Below are positions 34,928 to 45,562 of a stretch of 64,000 nucleotides of DNA, one piece after another; the first letter of the stretch is position 1, and each line of letters opens with the position of its first letter. The notes below the pieces were generated by a model, which was not told where the DNA came from, did not search any database, and was given only the letters and a program-made list of their open reading frames with translations. Where the stretch lies: the NCBI GenBank assembly GCA_049322255.1, contig JBMORE010000157.1:1-64000 (forward strand). The letters are read 5' to 3'. The DNA is from Myxococcota bacterium (GTDB taxonomy: Bacteria; Myxococcota; Myxococcia; Myxococcales; Myxococcaceae). Both the position numbers and the translations under genes were made by a program.

Positions 34928-37162
34928 ATGCAAACGCTCCACTCCCGCGCCGCGCGCGCGTCGACCCTCGTCGCCGTCTTGTTCGCCTTGGCCGGTTGCG
35001 GCACCTCGGTGTGCGACAAGAACGCGGCCACCGACTTGTCGAAGAAGCAGGGAACCTGCACGGGTGAGCTGGGCGGCAACCTCCTCGGTGCAAAAGACCA
35101 GTGCACCTCGGCCATCACCCAGTGCCGCGGTTCGGACGAGGCGGCGTTGCAGAAGATGCTCGACTGCTTGGGCAAGCTGCCGGTGTGCGCCGAGCCGGAG
35201 AAAGACGCCTGGCTCGCCTCACGGCAGGGGTGCTTCGAGCAGGTCGCCGGCCTCTCCGAAGCGTGCCGGGACGCCGTGTTTGGCGGAGTGCTCCCAGGCA
35301 CCGATGCGGGCCTTGCCGATGCGGGGGTGGACGCCGGCCGCCAGCCGATCATCGACGGCGGCGAAGGCTTGGAGCTCATCGCCGTCGCCGACGAGACCGA
35401 CTTCGCCCTCGCCTGGAGCCAGAAGCAAAAGGGGGTGGTCGCCTCCTGGGAAGTCCATGCAGAGAACGACGTCGGGTTGCGCTCCCTGCCGGTGTCCGTC
35501 GACGCGGGAATGACTTACGGCGAGCATGACGCCGGTTCAGGGGTGAAGAAGGTCTTCTTCGTGGTGGGGCTCACCGCGCAGGGCAACGTCGCTTTCGGAG
35601 AAGCGGGGGAGGACGCCGGCGTTTCGCCCGATGCGGGAGGCTGCCAGGGCCCTCTGGATTGTCCGGTGGATCGGGTCTGCAACTTGGGCACGTGCCAAGT
35701 CCAGGCCTGCCAGGTGAACGCCACCTGTCCCAGTGGCTACCAGTGCGTCGGTGCCACCCGGTGCGTGCGGCAGTTCGGCGCCGATGGAGGGACCGCCGAC
35801 GCCGGCTCATCGTCAGGAGGGGCTGCGCGCGAGCCGCTCCCTTTCATCTCCGCGCGTGTCGAGGCGACCACCGGCCCGCCCGCCTTCGCGCCGGAGAAGT
35901 TCATCAGCCCGTTCCAGGCGAAAACTCCCGACCTGGTGGCGGTGGACTCGGCGCGGCAGTTCGTGGCGCTGGAGCAGGAAAACCAGCTCTTCGGCCACCT
36001 CACCACCAACCGCGGCAAGAGCTTCGGCTCCTCGAACATCGACACGCTGGGAACGCGCCCCCGTCTGGCGTACGCGGCGGACAAGGGAGTGCTCTACGCC
36101 TGCTACAACGTCGGCCTGGGTGTGCGGGTACGCCGCAGCTTCGACTTGGGTCGCACTTGGGGGGCCTCGGCGGCCGACATCGCCTTGCCGCAGCCCGCCG
36201 ACGGAGGCACCCAGGGGCGCATCTACGACTGCGACATCGCTCCCTGGCGCGACGGCCGGGCGCTGATGGTGACGGTGGATGACGAGGCCTTGCGGGTGCG
36301 CGAGGTGTCGGACGCGCTCCAAGTGGTGAACGAGAGCCTTGCGTTCGTGTCGAGCCCCGCCGACGCCGGCAATGTCTTTGCTCCCGCGCGGCCGGCCATC
36401 GTCACCCACCCTGACAGCTTCTTGGTGCATCTGGGCTTCACCGCCACGCGTGCGGTGACTGCAGGCGCGGACACCGAGGTGTACGGCGCCTATCGTGACA
36501 ACAGCACCGGCGGAACCTTCGTCTCCGTAGGCCGCATCAACGAGAGTGGTGTCACCACCGGCAACCCTTTCCCGCAAGACCACGTCGCGCTGGCGATCGA
36601 CCCCACCACCCAACGGGCGATCGCCGCCTTCACTTCGCTCGAGTCGCAGGGCGCAGCGACCTACAGCACCGTCTACCTCTCGCTGTTCAACCCCGCCACC
36701 AAGCGCTGGGGCACCGGGTCGGACCTCTCGGTGTTCGATCAGCACCCGGTGAGCCGCGTGTACCACGTGGTTCCCGATCGCGACCTCAACGACGCGTGGG
36801 ACGCGTTCTCGCCCTCGCTGGCGGTCACTCCCGCGGGGAGATTCTTCCTCGGCTTCCTCGCGGGGCCGACGCAGGTGGGGCCCAGCTCCGACTACCGCAT
36901 GTACCTGGTGGAGTTCGACTTGAGCGAAAAGAACGGGCTGGGGTGGTTCGACACCGTACCGGGTAGCTCGGGCACCCCCGTGCCCGCCAAACGCGTGGGC
37001 ACCACCCGGGTGGTCGACCCGCAGGCGGGGGGCAACGCGCCGCCGCCGACGTGGACGGTGATGGCTGCCGACTCCCAGCTGTCGCTCTACTTCACCTACA
37101 TCGAAGGCATCGGCAACGCCGCGGAGGTCGAGAACCGCGCGGTGTTCGTCAGCCGGCCGTAA
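34928..37162 (+). CDS. Cys-rich lipoprotein with BNR/Asp-box beta-propeller-like C-terminal part
   Basis: Lipobox LAG|C; Cys-rich N-terminus; DAG-rich linkers; TTNRGKSF and SFDLGRTWG Asp-boxes. Confidence 0.75.
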   Translation: MQTLHSRAARASTLVAVLFALAGCGTSVCDKNAATDLSKKQGTCTGELGGNLLGAKDQCTSAITQCRGSDEAALQKMLDCLGKLPVCAEPEKDAWLASRQGCFEQVAGLSEACRDAVFGGVLPGTDAGLADAGVDAGRQPIIDGGEGLELIAVADETDFALAWSQKQKGVVASWEVHAENDVGLRSLPVSVDAGMTYGEHDAGSGVKKVFFVVGLTAQGNVAFGEAGEDAGVSPDAGGCQGPLDCPVDRVCNLGTCQVQACQVNATCPSGYQCVGATRCVRQFGADGGTADAGSSSGGAAREPLPFISARVEATTGPPAFAPEKFISPFQAKTPDLVAVDSARQFVALEQENQLFGHLTTNRGKSFGSSNIDTLGTRPRLAYAADKGVLYACYNVGLGVRVRRSFDLGRTWGASAADIALPQPADGGTQGRIYDCDIAPWRDGRALMVTVDDEALRVREVSDALQVVNESLAFVSSPADAGNVFAPARPAIVTHPDSFLVHLGFTATRAVTAGADTEVYGAYRDNSTGGTFVSVGRINESGVTTGNPFPQDHVALAIDPTTQRAIAAFTSLESQGAATYSTVYLSLFNPATKRWGTGSDLSVFDQHPVSRVYHVVPDRDLNDAWDAFSPSLAVTPAGRFFLGFLAGPTQVGPSSDYRMYLVEFDLSEKNGLGWFDTVPGSSGTPVPAKRVGTTRVVDPQAGGNAPPPTWTVMAADSQLSLYFTYIEGIGNAAEVENRAVFVSRP

Positions 37163-37166
37163 GCCG

Positions 37167-39839
37167 CTACCCGCCGGGGTTGATCCCGGTGACGATCGTC
37201 CCCAGATCGAGCCCGCCGGTGTAGCCGTAGCTCACGAACTCATCGTAGCCGTACACCGTCACCCCAGCGCCGGGAAGCGTGTTGAGCCCGGGTTGTGCCA
37301 CCACGCTCAAGGTGTGCGTACCCACGCTGACCGGGTGGTTGCGCACCCGGTAGTCGGTGCCGCTGGGCGATCCGGTAATCGCGGTGAAGCTGGTCAGCGG
37401 TATTACCGTGCCGTCCACTTCCACCGACTGCACCTTGGTGGCGTCGATGGAGATCGACAGGTAGTTGTCCTTGATGCCCGGGGCGGCGAGCACGGTGTAC
37501 TGCGCGCGCCACTGCTCGATGGGAGGCAACAGAATCATCGACGGGTCACCCTGTTCGGGCTCGTTCTGCGTGGGAGGGAAGCTGATGGGGCCCTGGCCGG
37601 GGAGGAACTGCGCCACCGCGATCGGCTGGTCGCCGGTGACGATGAAGCTCGAGCTCGACTTGAACTCCATGTGCGCTCCTCCCATCAGACGGCAGTTGTT
37701 GGCGTCCAGCGAGGTGCCGGTGACGCAGCGGTTGGGGGGCAGCACGTTCGCCGCCGTCGGTGGGGTGGAGAAGGTGACGAGAGTGCCGTTGGGGCATTGG
37801 GAGGCCGGACACCCGGCGACCACCTTGTAATGGTCGGGCGGAGAGTTGGTGGAGAAGCTCTGGTTGCGTAGGCGCAACGGGTGGCTCTTCTGGGCCACGA
37901 AGCTCTTGCCCCAGGTGGCGAAGGGGAAGATTTGCTCCTCCACGTGGTCGCAGGCCACGCGGTTGTAGGGCTTGGTGATGCAGGGCGAGCCGCCGAACAC
38001 CGCCACCGGGGCGGTCGAAGTGATGACCGAGCCGGTGAGGTCGTTGTCCACCCGGCACATCACGCCACTACCAAAGGGGTTACTGGCACATTCGATGTAG
38101 GCGGAGCCCAGGTTGCTGGTGGCAATCTGCAGCACGTCGTAACGGTTCAGGGTGAAGTTGAGCTGTTGCCCCTTGGTCATCGCCGCCACCCCGGTGCCCG
38201 CGACCGTCTGCGCGCTGGAGCGGAAGGTGACCTGGGTGCCGTTCTGCGTGCCCACGATGGTCGCCACACCGGTGACATCGGCCTGCGGAGCCTGGTTCTG
38301 ATTCTGGGCGATGGCCGAGTGCTCCTGCGACACCACCACGTGGCTGGTGCCGAGGATGTGCGCAGGCAAGAGGAGGGAAGCGTCGTTGGAGTAGGAGTAG
38401 TAGTGGCAGCGCTTGCCCGCCGCCACCGTCTTGCACACGCCTGGGTCAGGAGGTGATGGGCAGATCGGCCAGGAGGGATTGAGGATGGCGCAAAAGAGGT
38501 CTATCGGCTGGCAACAGTTGGTGGGCGGTGGAGGGGCGTTCTCGTTGCAGGTGGAGTCCAGTGAGCCTTCAGAGGCGGTGCAGGCCTTGTTGGTAATCTT
38601 CACCGCCTCCAGCGGGTTGAACTGGTACACCGTCATCGGCCGGGTGGAGGTCAGCCGGTAGCCGTAGCGAACCAGCCCGCTGCTGGCCACTCCCACCGCG
38701 TTCGACGCAGGGCCGATGGACTGCCAGGGCACGTAAATCTTCATCAGCCCGCGGGTGGCGGGGTCGGTGCGGCCGGGCACCGTCACCGTCTTCACCGTCT
38801 GCTCGGCGCCCGCGTACCAGCGGTAGACCGTCACCGTGGCGAAAGACACCGAGCGGTTGGCGACCACGAAAGCGAAGTTGGAGTCGGCGGTGCCCTGCCC
38901 GCTGGTGGTGTTGCCCTTGAAGTAGGGCTCGACCGAGTTGTCCTGCACCGCGCTCCAGTACTCGCAGCCGAAGTAGCTCTTGGCCTTCACCGCCTCGACG
39001 CACTCGTCGATGCACGCTCCGTTTTGGCACTCGGCGGCGGAGGTGTAGCCGGGCAGAGTGGAGCAAGTGACGCTGGTCCACGCGCCGGTGGGGCTGCACA
39101 CCTGCTGCACCGTGGTGCTTTGGCACTGGGTGGAGCCGGGGAAGCACGCGGGTGCTTTGCACTGCGCCGTCGTCGGAGTGGGCTGCTCGCAGATCTGGGT
39201 GATGCAGGTGCCGTCGAAGTTGTCGCCGTTGTTCACCCACGTCCACATCGCGTTCTCGTTACCCGTGCGGGTGCAGACCTGAACCGCCCGGCCGTCGGGG
39301 CTGCAGCGGGTGGTGTTGGGAGCGCACGCGCGGCACTCACCCTGCGAACAGGTAGTGCCGTTGGTGCAGGTGACGGTGCGGGTGGCGCTGCCGTCGTCGA
39401 GGCACACCGTCACCGTCGACGGGCTGGCGCCATCGCAGCTGGCCAGGCCGGGCTGGCATGCCAGGCACTGCTCGTTGAGGCAGAACCCCGAAGGCGCTGG
39501 GCAGCTCTGAAGGGTCTGCCACTGACCCTCGGCGTCACACTGTTCGATGGTTCGGTTCTCGGTGCCGCACCGCTTCGCGCCGGTGGTGCAAGGAAAGGCC
39601 GCCCCACCGTCCGGTTCGGGAGGTTTGGGCTCGCACGCGCCGGTGAAGAGGTTGCACCGTTCGCCGCTTTGACAATCGCCGTCGCGGTCGCAGACGAAGA
39701 CGCACTCCCCCGCGACGATGCGCTCGTTGTCTTGGCACGAAAGCCCAGCGTCGAAGGTGTTTTTCGAGGAGACGGCTTCACGGCACCCGAGCACGGCGAC
39801 GGCGGCGAGGGTTGCGAGAAAAAGGAGCTGGCATCGCAT
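37167..39839 (-). CDS. IgGFc-binding-protein-domain lipoprotein with Cys-rich repeats
   Basis: VLG|C lipobox; 'C.PG..RC' repeats; SYFGCEYW, VYQFNPL, SNDASLLLP, DHVEEQ, GDPSM, SYGYTGG. Confidence 0.85.
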   Translation of the reverse strand: MRCQLLFLATLAAVAVLGCREAVSSKNTFDAGLSCQDNERIVAGECVFVCDRDGDCQSGERCNLFTGACEPKPPEPDGGAAFPCTTGAKRCGTENRTIEQCDAEGQWQTLQSCPAPSGFCLNEQCLACQPGLASCDGASPSTVTVCLDDGSATRTVTCTNGTTCSQGECRACAPNTTRCSPDGRAVQVCTRTGNENAMWTWVNNGDNFDGTCITQICEQPTPTTAQCKAPACFPGSTQCQSTTVQQVCSPTGAWTSVTCSTLPGYTSAAECQNGACIDECVEAVKAKSYFGCEYWSAVQDNSVEPYFKGNTTSGQGTADSNFAFVVANRSVSFATVTVYRWYAGAEQTVKTVTVPGRTDPATRGLMKIYVPWQSIGPASNAVGVASSGLVRYGYRLTSTRPMTVYQFNPLEAVKITNKACTASEGSLDSTCNENAPPPPTNCCQPIDLFCAILNPSWPICPSPPDPGVCKTVAAGKRCHYYSYSNDASLLLPAHILGTSHVVVSQEHSAIAQNQNQAPQADVTGVATIVGTQNGTQVTFRSSAQTVAGTGVAAMTKGQQLNFTLNRYDVLQIATSNLGSAYIECASNPFGSGVMCRVDNDLTGSVITSTAPVAVFGGSPCITKPYNRVACDHVEEQIFPFATWGKSFVAQKSHPLRLRNQSFSTNSPPDHYKVVAGCPASQCPNGTLVTFSTPPTAANVLPPNRCVTGTSLDANNCRLMGGAHMEFKSSSSFIVTGDQPIAVAQFLPGQGPISFPPTQNEPEQGDPSMILLPPIEQWRAQYTVLAAPGIKDNYLSISIDATKVQSVEVDGTVIPLTSFTAITGSPSGTDYRVRNHPVSVGTHTLSVVAQPGLNTLPGAGVTVYGYDEFVSYGYTGGLDLGTIVTGINPGG

Positions 39840-39927
39840 GGTAAAACCCGTGCTTGCCCCCGGCCGGGGGCCTTGGAAAAAGGCGGCGGAATATACAGAA
39901 AACGGGACCGAGAAGGGAGGCGGGGGC

Positions 39928-42900
39928 CTACTTGTCCAGCTCGTCGACCAGGCTGGTCCAGTCGTCCTCGGGGGCCTCGGGCACGGACATCATCACCGTC
40001 TTTTCCCCTGGTGCTCCGCTGGCGGGAGCCATGGGCTTCTTCATCACCGGCGCCGGGGTCAATGGGCCTGGGGCTTTGGTCCCTGGGTTCGACTTCGAGG
40101 CAGCCGTCGATGGTTTGGTCGCTGGCTTGGTCACAGGGAAAGCGGGGTCGGTGACGGCCGCGGGCCTCATCGCGTTCACCGGAATGGAATTGACGCTGGT
40201 TGCCGGCTCGTCGCCGTCCGCGCCGAGCGACGCGCCCACGCTCTTGCCCGGCACCGTGCGCGTGGGGGTCGCGCCCTTCGATTTGTAGCGGGCCAGCTCG
40301 AGCTCGACCACCTTGAGTGCCTTGCTCTTCTCCTGTACCGCCTGCTGCAGCCGCTGCACCTCTTGAGCTTTCACCGCCTCGCGGCGCTCGACCTCCTGCT
40401 TGTGCTTGGCGGCGGCGTCCTCCAGCTCTTTGTGGTGGCGGGCCTCGAGGTCTTTCTTCTCCTTGAGCGCGGCTTGCAGCTTGGCGAGCACCTCGTTGCC
40501 TTTGGCCTCGGCGGCAGCGAGCTTGGCCGAAACCTCCTTCTCGGCGCGCACCTTGGCGGCGTGCGAGTTTTCCACCGCCAGCTCCAGCTCCTGAATTTTC
40601 CGCGCCCGTGCCGAAAGCTGCCCTTGTGCCTCCTTGAGCTTCGACTCGTAGTCGGTGCTCCTGGCTTGCCACTCCTGGGTGGCTTGGGCGGAGCGCTGCT
40701 CGGCTCGGGTGACCTTGGCGGAAAGCTCGTCGACGTGCTTCTTGTGCTCGGCCTTCTCGTGCGCCAGCGCGTGGGCCGACTCGGTGAGGCGGGCGTTGAG
40801 CTGCTGCAACTGCCCGGAGAGCTGGTCGCGCTCGGCGATCGCCGCCGCTTGCGCGTTGGACAGCTGGGCCAGCTGCTCGTTGAGCCTGGCCAGCTCTCCC
40901 TGGAGCGCCTCCGCCTCTTGGGTGGAAGCGGTCAGGCGCGCGGTGAGCTCGTCTTTTTGCTTCCTCGCTTCGTCGCCGGCGAGCTTGAGCTTGGTCTCCA
41001 GCTGCTTGATTGTCTCGGCCTTGGCGGCACCTTCGCGGGCGGCGACCTCCTTGAGGCGGGTGCTCTCCTGGGAGAGGGAAGTGAGCTTGCGCAAGGTGTC
41101 GGCCAGCTCCTTGGCCTTCCCGGCGAGGTCGTTTTGCAAGAGCTCTTCACGCCGCTGCGATTCATCGGTGAGGGTGTTGATGCGCTCCTCGAGGTGGGAG
41201 CGGGTGTCTTCGGCGTGGGCGAGCTGGCTGGTGAGCTGGGTGACGCTGGCGACGCGGTTGCCCAGCTCCTGCTTGACGGCGGAAAGCTGCTCCGAGAGAT
41301 CCAACCCGTAGTCGCGCGCCTGGCCCAGCTGCTCGTTGAGATCGGCGATCTGCGCCGCGGATTCTTGGCGCGAGGCGGCGTGAGCGGTCCGCTCTGCCTC
41401 CAGCTCGTTGCGGGCATCGGCCAGGTTGGCGGAAGTGGCGGCGAGGTCGACCTCGGTGGACTCGAGCTTGCCGCGCAGGCCGTCGCGCTCGCCGATGAGC
41501 TCGGCGATGGTGTGTGAGCTTTCTGCTTGCAGGCGCCAGTGCGCGGCGTGCTCGGCCTCGTAGTTGCCCTTGGCCTCGGAGAGCTCGGCGCGCAGCTGGC
41601 CGATCTGGCCGGTGAGCTCTTCTTCGAGCTGGGCCTTGGCGCCTTCGGTCTGCCGCAAAACACCGGTGATGCGGGCAATTTCGTTGCGCGCCGCCTTCAC
41701 CTCGCCCTCGCGCTCGGTTCGTTCTTGAACGGTGCGCGTCAGCTCGGCTTGGGTGTTCTGCAGCGCCTCGCGCGTGGAGTGCAGCGCTCCCTCGGTGGCC
41801 TCGAGTCGGCCCTGGGTGTCGGCGAGCTGCGCCTGGGTACCCGAGAGCGCCTGCGCGGCCTGGTCCAACCGCGAGGTGAGGTCGGCGGCGCCGGCGTTGA
41901 GCGCGTCGATGGTCTGGCCGCGCGTGGCCAGCTCCGCCTCCAGCGCTTGGATGCTCTGGCTCTTTTCGGCGATCACCGCCTCGGCCGCCCGTTTGGCCTC
42001 GGAGAGCTCGCCGATCTCGCCGGTCAGCTCCTGCTCGCGGTCGGCCATCGCCGCCTTGACCGCCTCCACCTCTCCTTCGAGCTCGCCTATCTGCTCCAGC
42101 TTCTGCTGGAGGGTGGCGTGCAGCTCGGCCTCTTGGCGCTCGTGGCGCTCGACGGCTTGAGCGAGCTCGCTCTCCAGCTGGGCGATCTTCGCGTCCCGCT
42201 CGGCCAGCCGATCGGTCATCGACTGGGCGATGCCGTCGCGCTGAATGCGCAGGTCTTCTCCCTTGGCGGTGAGGGCCGAGATTTCCTTGTCCAGCTCGGC
42301 GACCTGGGCGGCGTGCTTGGCCTCGGCGTCTGCGGCGGCGGCGCGCAAACGGTCGATTTCGGCGTCGGCGTTCTTGCCGTGCTCCTCGGCCTTGCCCAGG
42401 TTGGCCTCGAGGGAACGCACCGTGCTGTCGCGCTCGGAGCGGGTGCGCTCCAGCTCTTCGGTGAACGCCGAAATCTCGCCCGCCAGCTGCCCATAGCGCT
42501 CGTCGCGCTCGGAGACGGTGGCGGTCAGCTTTTGCGTCAGCTCGTCGAGGCTCGCCTGCAACGCTGCGAGCTGTTGGTCTTTGTTCTCGCCGGAGGCGAC
42601 CAGCTCTTTTTCGCGCACCTCGAACTCGAGGGTGGCGACGTTGTGCTGTTTTTCCAGCTGCTCGTACTCGGCCCTTTGGGCGTCGAGCTCGACGGCGCGG
42701 CGGGCCAGCTCCTCGTCGCGCGCGGAAAGCTCCTTGCGCAAGAGGTTGATGTCTTTTTCCTTGGCGGAGACGACCTCGATGACTTCCTTCTCGCCGACGA
42801 ACTTCTGCAAGAGCAGGTCGTCGACGATCGCCCCGTGCTCGCGCTCCTTCTGCACCAGGGTGTTCTGCGCCTCGTTGAGGCGGCGCACCACCTCGTCCAC

Positions 42901-43707
42901 CTGCATCTTGAGGCCGTGAATCTCGACGTCCTTCTCGTGGACCCGGTCCTCCACCGAGAGCAGCTCGCGCTCGCGCACGCTCCAGATCTCGGAGATGCGG
43001 GCGATTTGCGCCTCGCGGGCCTTGAGCTCGTCGCGCAACAGTTGAACTTTCCCCTCCGGGGTGCCCATCAGCTCGCGGCGCTGCCCGGAGCGCTTGACCT
43101 CGCGCGACTCGGCGAGCAGCTCGGCCTTGCGGTCGGCGATCGAGGCGAACGCGCGATCGAGGAAGGTCTTGTCCTCTTCGGTGATCGCCGAGCGCCGCTC
43201 GCGCTTGGGAAGCTTGGGAGGCCCGCCCACGGTGGTGCGAATCGGGGGCGGCATGGGCGGCGGGTCGGACGGGGGCGGCGCGCCCGCCAACGCCGAGTCG
43301 ATCGATGCGTCCACCTCGTCTCTCTCTCCGCCCGCCAGCGGTACGATGCCACTGGTCATCTGCGCCAGATCACCCATCTCGAAGGGAATGGTCAGGTAGC
43401 CGTCCGCGGGCGTGGGGCCCTGCGAGTGCTGGGTCAGCCCTTCGCGCCCCACGTCGCTCGTCAGGATGAGGACGGGCAGGTTGGGCCCGAACTTCCCCTT
43501 CTTGATGTGCCCGCACAACACGAAGCCGTTCTGGTCGGGAAGCTCGGCGCGCAAGACCACCAGGTCCGGCCGGCGCTTCTCCAGCTCGCGCTGGGCGTCG
43601 GCGGCGCTGCCTGCCATCGCCGTTTGGTACCCCGCCTGCTTGAGAACGGACGCCATACTCAACGCGAAGTCCGACTGGCTCTCGACGATGAGGACGCGGC
43701 GCTCCAT
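39928..43707 (-). CDS. aglZ: Adventurous gliding motility protein AglZ (pseudo-receiver + long coiled coil)
   Basis: MERRVLIVES...RRPDLVVLRAELPD (phospho-Asp replaced), PPKLPKRERRSAIT, roughly 1000-aa heptad coiled coil, acidic DDWTSLVDELDK end. Confidence 0.92.
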   Translation of the reverse strand: MERRVLIVESQSDFALSMASVLKQAGYQTAMAGSAADAQRELEKRRPDLVVLRAELPDQNGFVLCGHIKKGKFGPNLPVLILTSDVGREGLTQHSQGPTPADGYLTIPFEMGDLAQMTSGIVPLAGGERDEVDASIDSALAGAPPPSDPPPMPPPIRTTVGGPPKLPKRERRSAITEEDKTFLDRAFASIADRKAELLAESREVKRSGQRRELMGTPEGKVQLLRDELKAREAQIARISEIWSVRERELLSVEDRVHEKDVEIHGLKMQVDEVVRRLNEAQNTLVQKEREHGAIVDDLLLQKFVGEKEVIEVVSAKEKDINLLRKELSARDEELARRAVELDAQRAEYEQLEKQHNVATLEFEVREKELVASGENKDQQLAALQASLDELTQKLTATVSERDERYGQLAGEISAFTEELERTRSERDSTVRSLEANLGKAEEHGKNADAEIDRLRAAAADAEAKHAAQVAELDKEISALTAKGEDLRIQRDGIAQSMTDRLAERDAKIAQLESELAQAVERHERQEAELHATLQQKLEQIGELEGEVEAVKAAMADREQELTGEIGELSEAKRAAEAVIAEKSQSIQALEAELATRGQTIDALNAGAADLTSRLDQAAQALSGTQAQLADTQGRLEATEGALHSTREALQNTQAELTRTVQERTEREGEVKAARNEIARITGVLRQTEGAKAQLEEELTGQIGQLRAELSEAKGNYEAEHAAHWRLQAESSHTIAELIGERDGLRGKLESTEVDLAATSANLADARNELEAERTAHAASRQESAAQIADLNEQLGQARDYGLDLSEQLSAVKQELGNRVASVTQLTSQLAHAEDTRSHLEERINTLTDESQRREELLQNDLAGKAKELADTLRKLTSLSQESTRLKEVAAREGAAKAETIKQLETKLKLAGDEARKQKDELTARLTASTQEAEALQGELARLNEQLAQLSNAQAAAIAERDQLSGQLQQLNARLTESAHALAHEKAEHKKHVDELSAKVTRAEQRSAQATQEWQARSTDYESKLKEAQGQLSARARKIQELELAVENSHAAKVRAEKEVSAKLAAAEAKGNEVLAKLQAALKEKKDLEARHHKELEDAAAKHKQEVERREAVKAQEVQRLQQAVQEKSKALKVVELELARYKSKGATPTRTVPGKSVGASLGADGDEPATSVNSIPVNAMRPAAVTDPAFPVTKPATKPSTAASKSNPGTKAPGPLTPAPVMKKPMAPASGAPGEKTVMMSVPEAPEDDWTSLVDELDK

Positions 43708-43788
43708 GTGGCCGGGCCATCCTACGCATTGAAGGCACCGGCAGGAAAGCAAAGCAGTTGGCCAAAGGCGCCGATGGTCGGGGTGCTG

Positions 43789-45465
43789 CTAACGCTTGAC
43801 GCGTTGCGCAGCTTCGGTGTGGTCGCGGCCCGGGAAGTTCGTCGGCGGCGGGTGGCGGGAGGGGTGGGCGCCCTCCGGCGGGCAGTAGCCGTGGGCGAGC
43901 TGGGAAAACCAGGGATCGAGGCGGGACGTCAACGGCGCAGGAGGATCTTCGGCGCCATCGGCCTCGACCACCTCCTCGTCGCTGACTTCCTCCGGTTCCT
44001 CGCCGTCGGTGGCAGCAAGCGACGCCACGTCCTCGTCCAGCGTCTGGGCCGACGCCGCGCCCGCGTCGTCTTCGGGCGCCTCGCCCAAGGCTTTGCCCAT
44101 CACCACCGGTGTCTCGGCCTGCCGCGCCGAGGGGTCGGTCGCCAGAGCCCCCTGGTCAGGCGCGACCTGGGGGACCGCCGGCTCGGTCTTGGCGGGGGCT
44201 TGCCGTGCCGCGCGTGCGACGAGCTTTGGAGAAGGCTCGATGGGAGTGGGCTCGTCGGGAGTGGCCGGCTTTGCGGCGCCGGCGGCACGCGGCCCCAAGA
44301 GCTCGTCGTAGATGTCGACGAGCTGTTTGCACACCCGGGTGGCGTCGAGCGACCTCTCTGCCACGCTTCGGGCAGCTGCCCCCAGCTTCACCCGCAAGGC
44401 CGGGTTGGTGGCCAACTCGACCAGCCGCCGTCCCAGGGTTTCGTCGTCTCCCGGAGGAAAGAAGAGGCCGCAACCTTCGGGCACCCGCTCGCGGGCGATG
44501 GGGAGATCGGCGGCGATCACCGGACGAGCGGCGGCGAAGTACTCGGAGATTTTCGCCAGTGGCCCCCCTTGGAGCCGGTTGCGCTCGGAGTCGTCCAGCG
44601 GCGCCACGCCGACGTCGCAGGTCGCCAGCACTTTGAAGAGATCTTCGTGTGCGACCGGCGGCTTTAGCTCCACCTTGCCCGTGAGCTCGAGCTCGGCGAC
44701 GAGGTCTTCCAGATGACTCTGCTCGGGGGGGTGGCTGGGGCCCACCAGCACCAGCCGCACGTCGGTGGCGCGCACCGCCCGCTGCATCGCCTTGAGCAGG
44801 GTGGGCAGGCCCTGGTAGCCGGCCTGGCTGCCCAGGTAGAGCACCTTCATCGGAGTGGTGTCGGGCTTGCCCATCGTCTTTGACGAAAAAGGCGCCAGAT
44901 CGACGGGCGCGGGCACGACGCGCACCTCCTCGCGCGGCACCCCCAAGGTGTAGATGAGCTCGCGCGTCACCTTCGAGCCGGTGACGACGAGGTCGCAGCT
45001 CATCAGACAGAACAGCTCCTGCCGGCGGACCTTGGAGTGCAAGCGGCGATCGCCCTCGGTGTGTGGGAGGGTGTAGCGCAGCTCGCGCGAAGGGAAGGTA
45101 CAGGCCTCGTAGACGAGCTGGTACCCGTACTCCTCGCGCAGCTCGCAGAGGGCGAAGCCGCCGAAGGGGTCGGTGAAGTGGGCGAGCACGTACTCTTCGC
45201 TCTCCAGCTGGCGGCGCACCGCGCGATCGAAGGCTTCGAGCTGCGAGCCGAGATCGCCGCTGCCTACCGGCACCCGCAAAAGCCGCGCCCCGTGGTAGCG
45301 CTCGATGTGGGAGTGCTCGGGCGTCTTCGTCGACAGCACCACCACTTGGAAACGGTTCGAGAGCGCCTTGACGTACTCGGTGAGCCGGCGCGACCCTCCC
45401 GTCGGTCCAGGCACCACGTCGAAGCTGCACAGGAGCACTCTGGGCAGGTCGGTCAAGGCGGACAA
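43789..45465 (-). CDS. GT4 glycosyltransferase with acidic disordered C-terminal tail
   Basis: LYLGSQAGYQG, PLAKISEYFAAARPVIAAD; Pro/Glu-rich tail. Start may be TTG 45456. Confidence 0.85.
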   Translation of the reverse strand: MSALTDLPRVLLCSFDVVPGPTGGSRRLTEYVKALSNRFQVVVLSTKTPEHSHIERYHGARLLRVPVGSGDLGSQLEAFDRAVRRQLESEEYVLAHFTDPFGGFALCELREEYGYQLVYEACTFPSRELRYTLPHTEGDRRLHSKVRRQELFCLMSCDLVVTGSKVTRELIYTLGVPREEVRVVPAPVDLAPFSSKTMGKPDTTPMKVLYLGSQAGYQGLPTLLKAMQRAVRATDVRLVLVGPSHPPEQSHLEDLVAELELTGKVELKPPVAHEDLFKVLATCDVGVAPLDDSERNRLQGGPLAKISEYFAAARPVIAADLPIARERVPEGCGLFFPPGDDETLGRRLVELATNPALRVKLGAAARSVAERSLDATRVCKQLVDIYDELLGPRAAGAAKPATPDEPTPIEPSPKLVARAARQAPAKTEPAVPQVAPDQGALATDPSARQAETPVVMGKALGEAPEDDAGAASAQTLDEDVASLAATDGEEPEEVSDEEVVEADGAEDPPAPLTSRLDPWFSQLAHGYCPPEGAHPSRHPPPTNFPGRDHTEAAQRVKR

Positions 45466-45519
45466 AGCTTACCCGCGGGTCGTACTTTCGCGTAACGACC
45501 ATTGGCGCTTTCGAAAACG

Positions 45520-45548
45520 TTGACCCCTCCCACCGCAGGGTCTAAACG
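45520..45548 (+). promoter_or_regulatory. Putative sigma70 promoter of the DUF4912–GH57 operon
   Basis: TTGACC-17nt-TAAACG. Confidence 0.45.
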
Positions 45549-45562
45549 CCGCGCCATCGCCC

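Noticed and set aside
39718..44667. Very long + strand ORFs (599 and 1046 aa) opposite aglZ, and similar antisense ORFs elsewhere
   Set aside because: Shadow ORFs typical of high-GC codon bias; no motifs.
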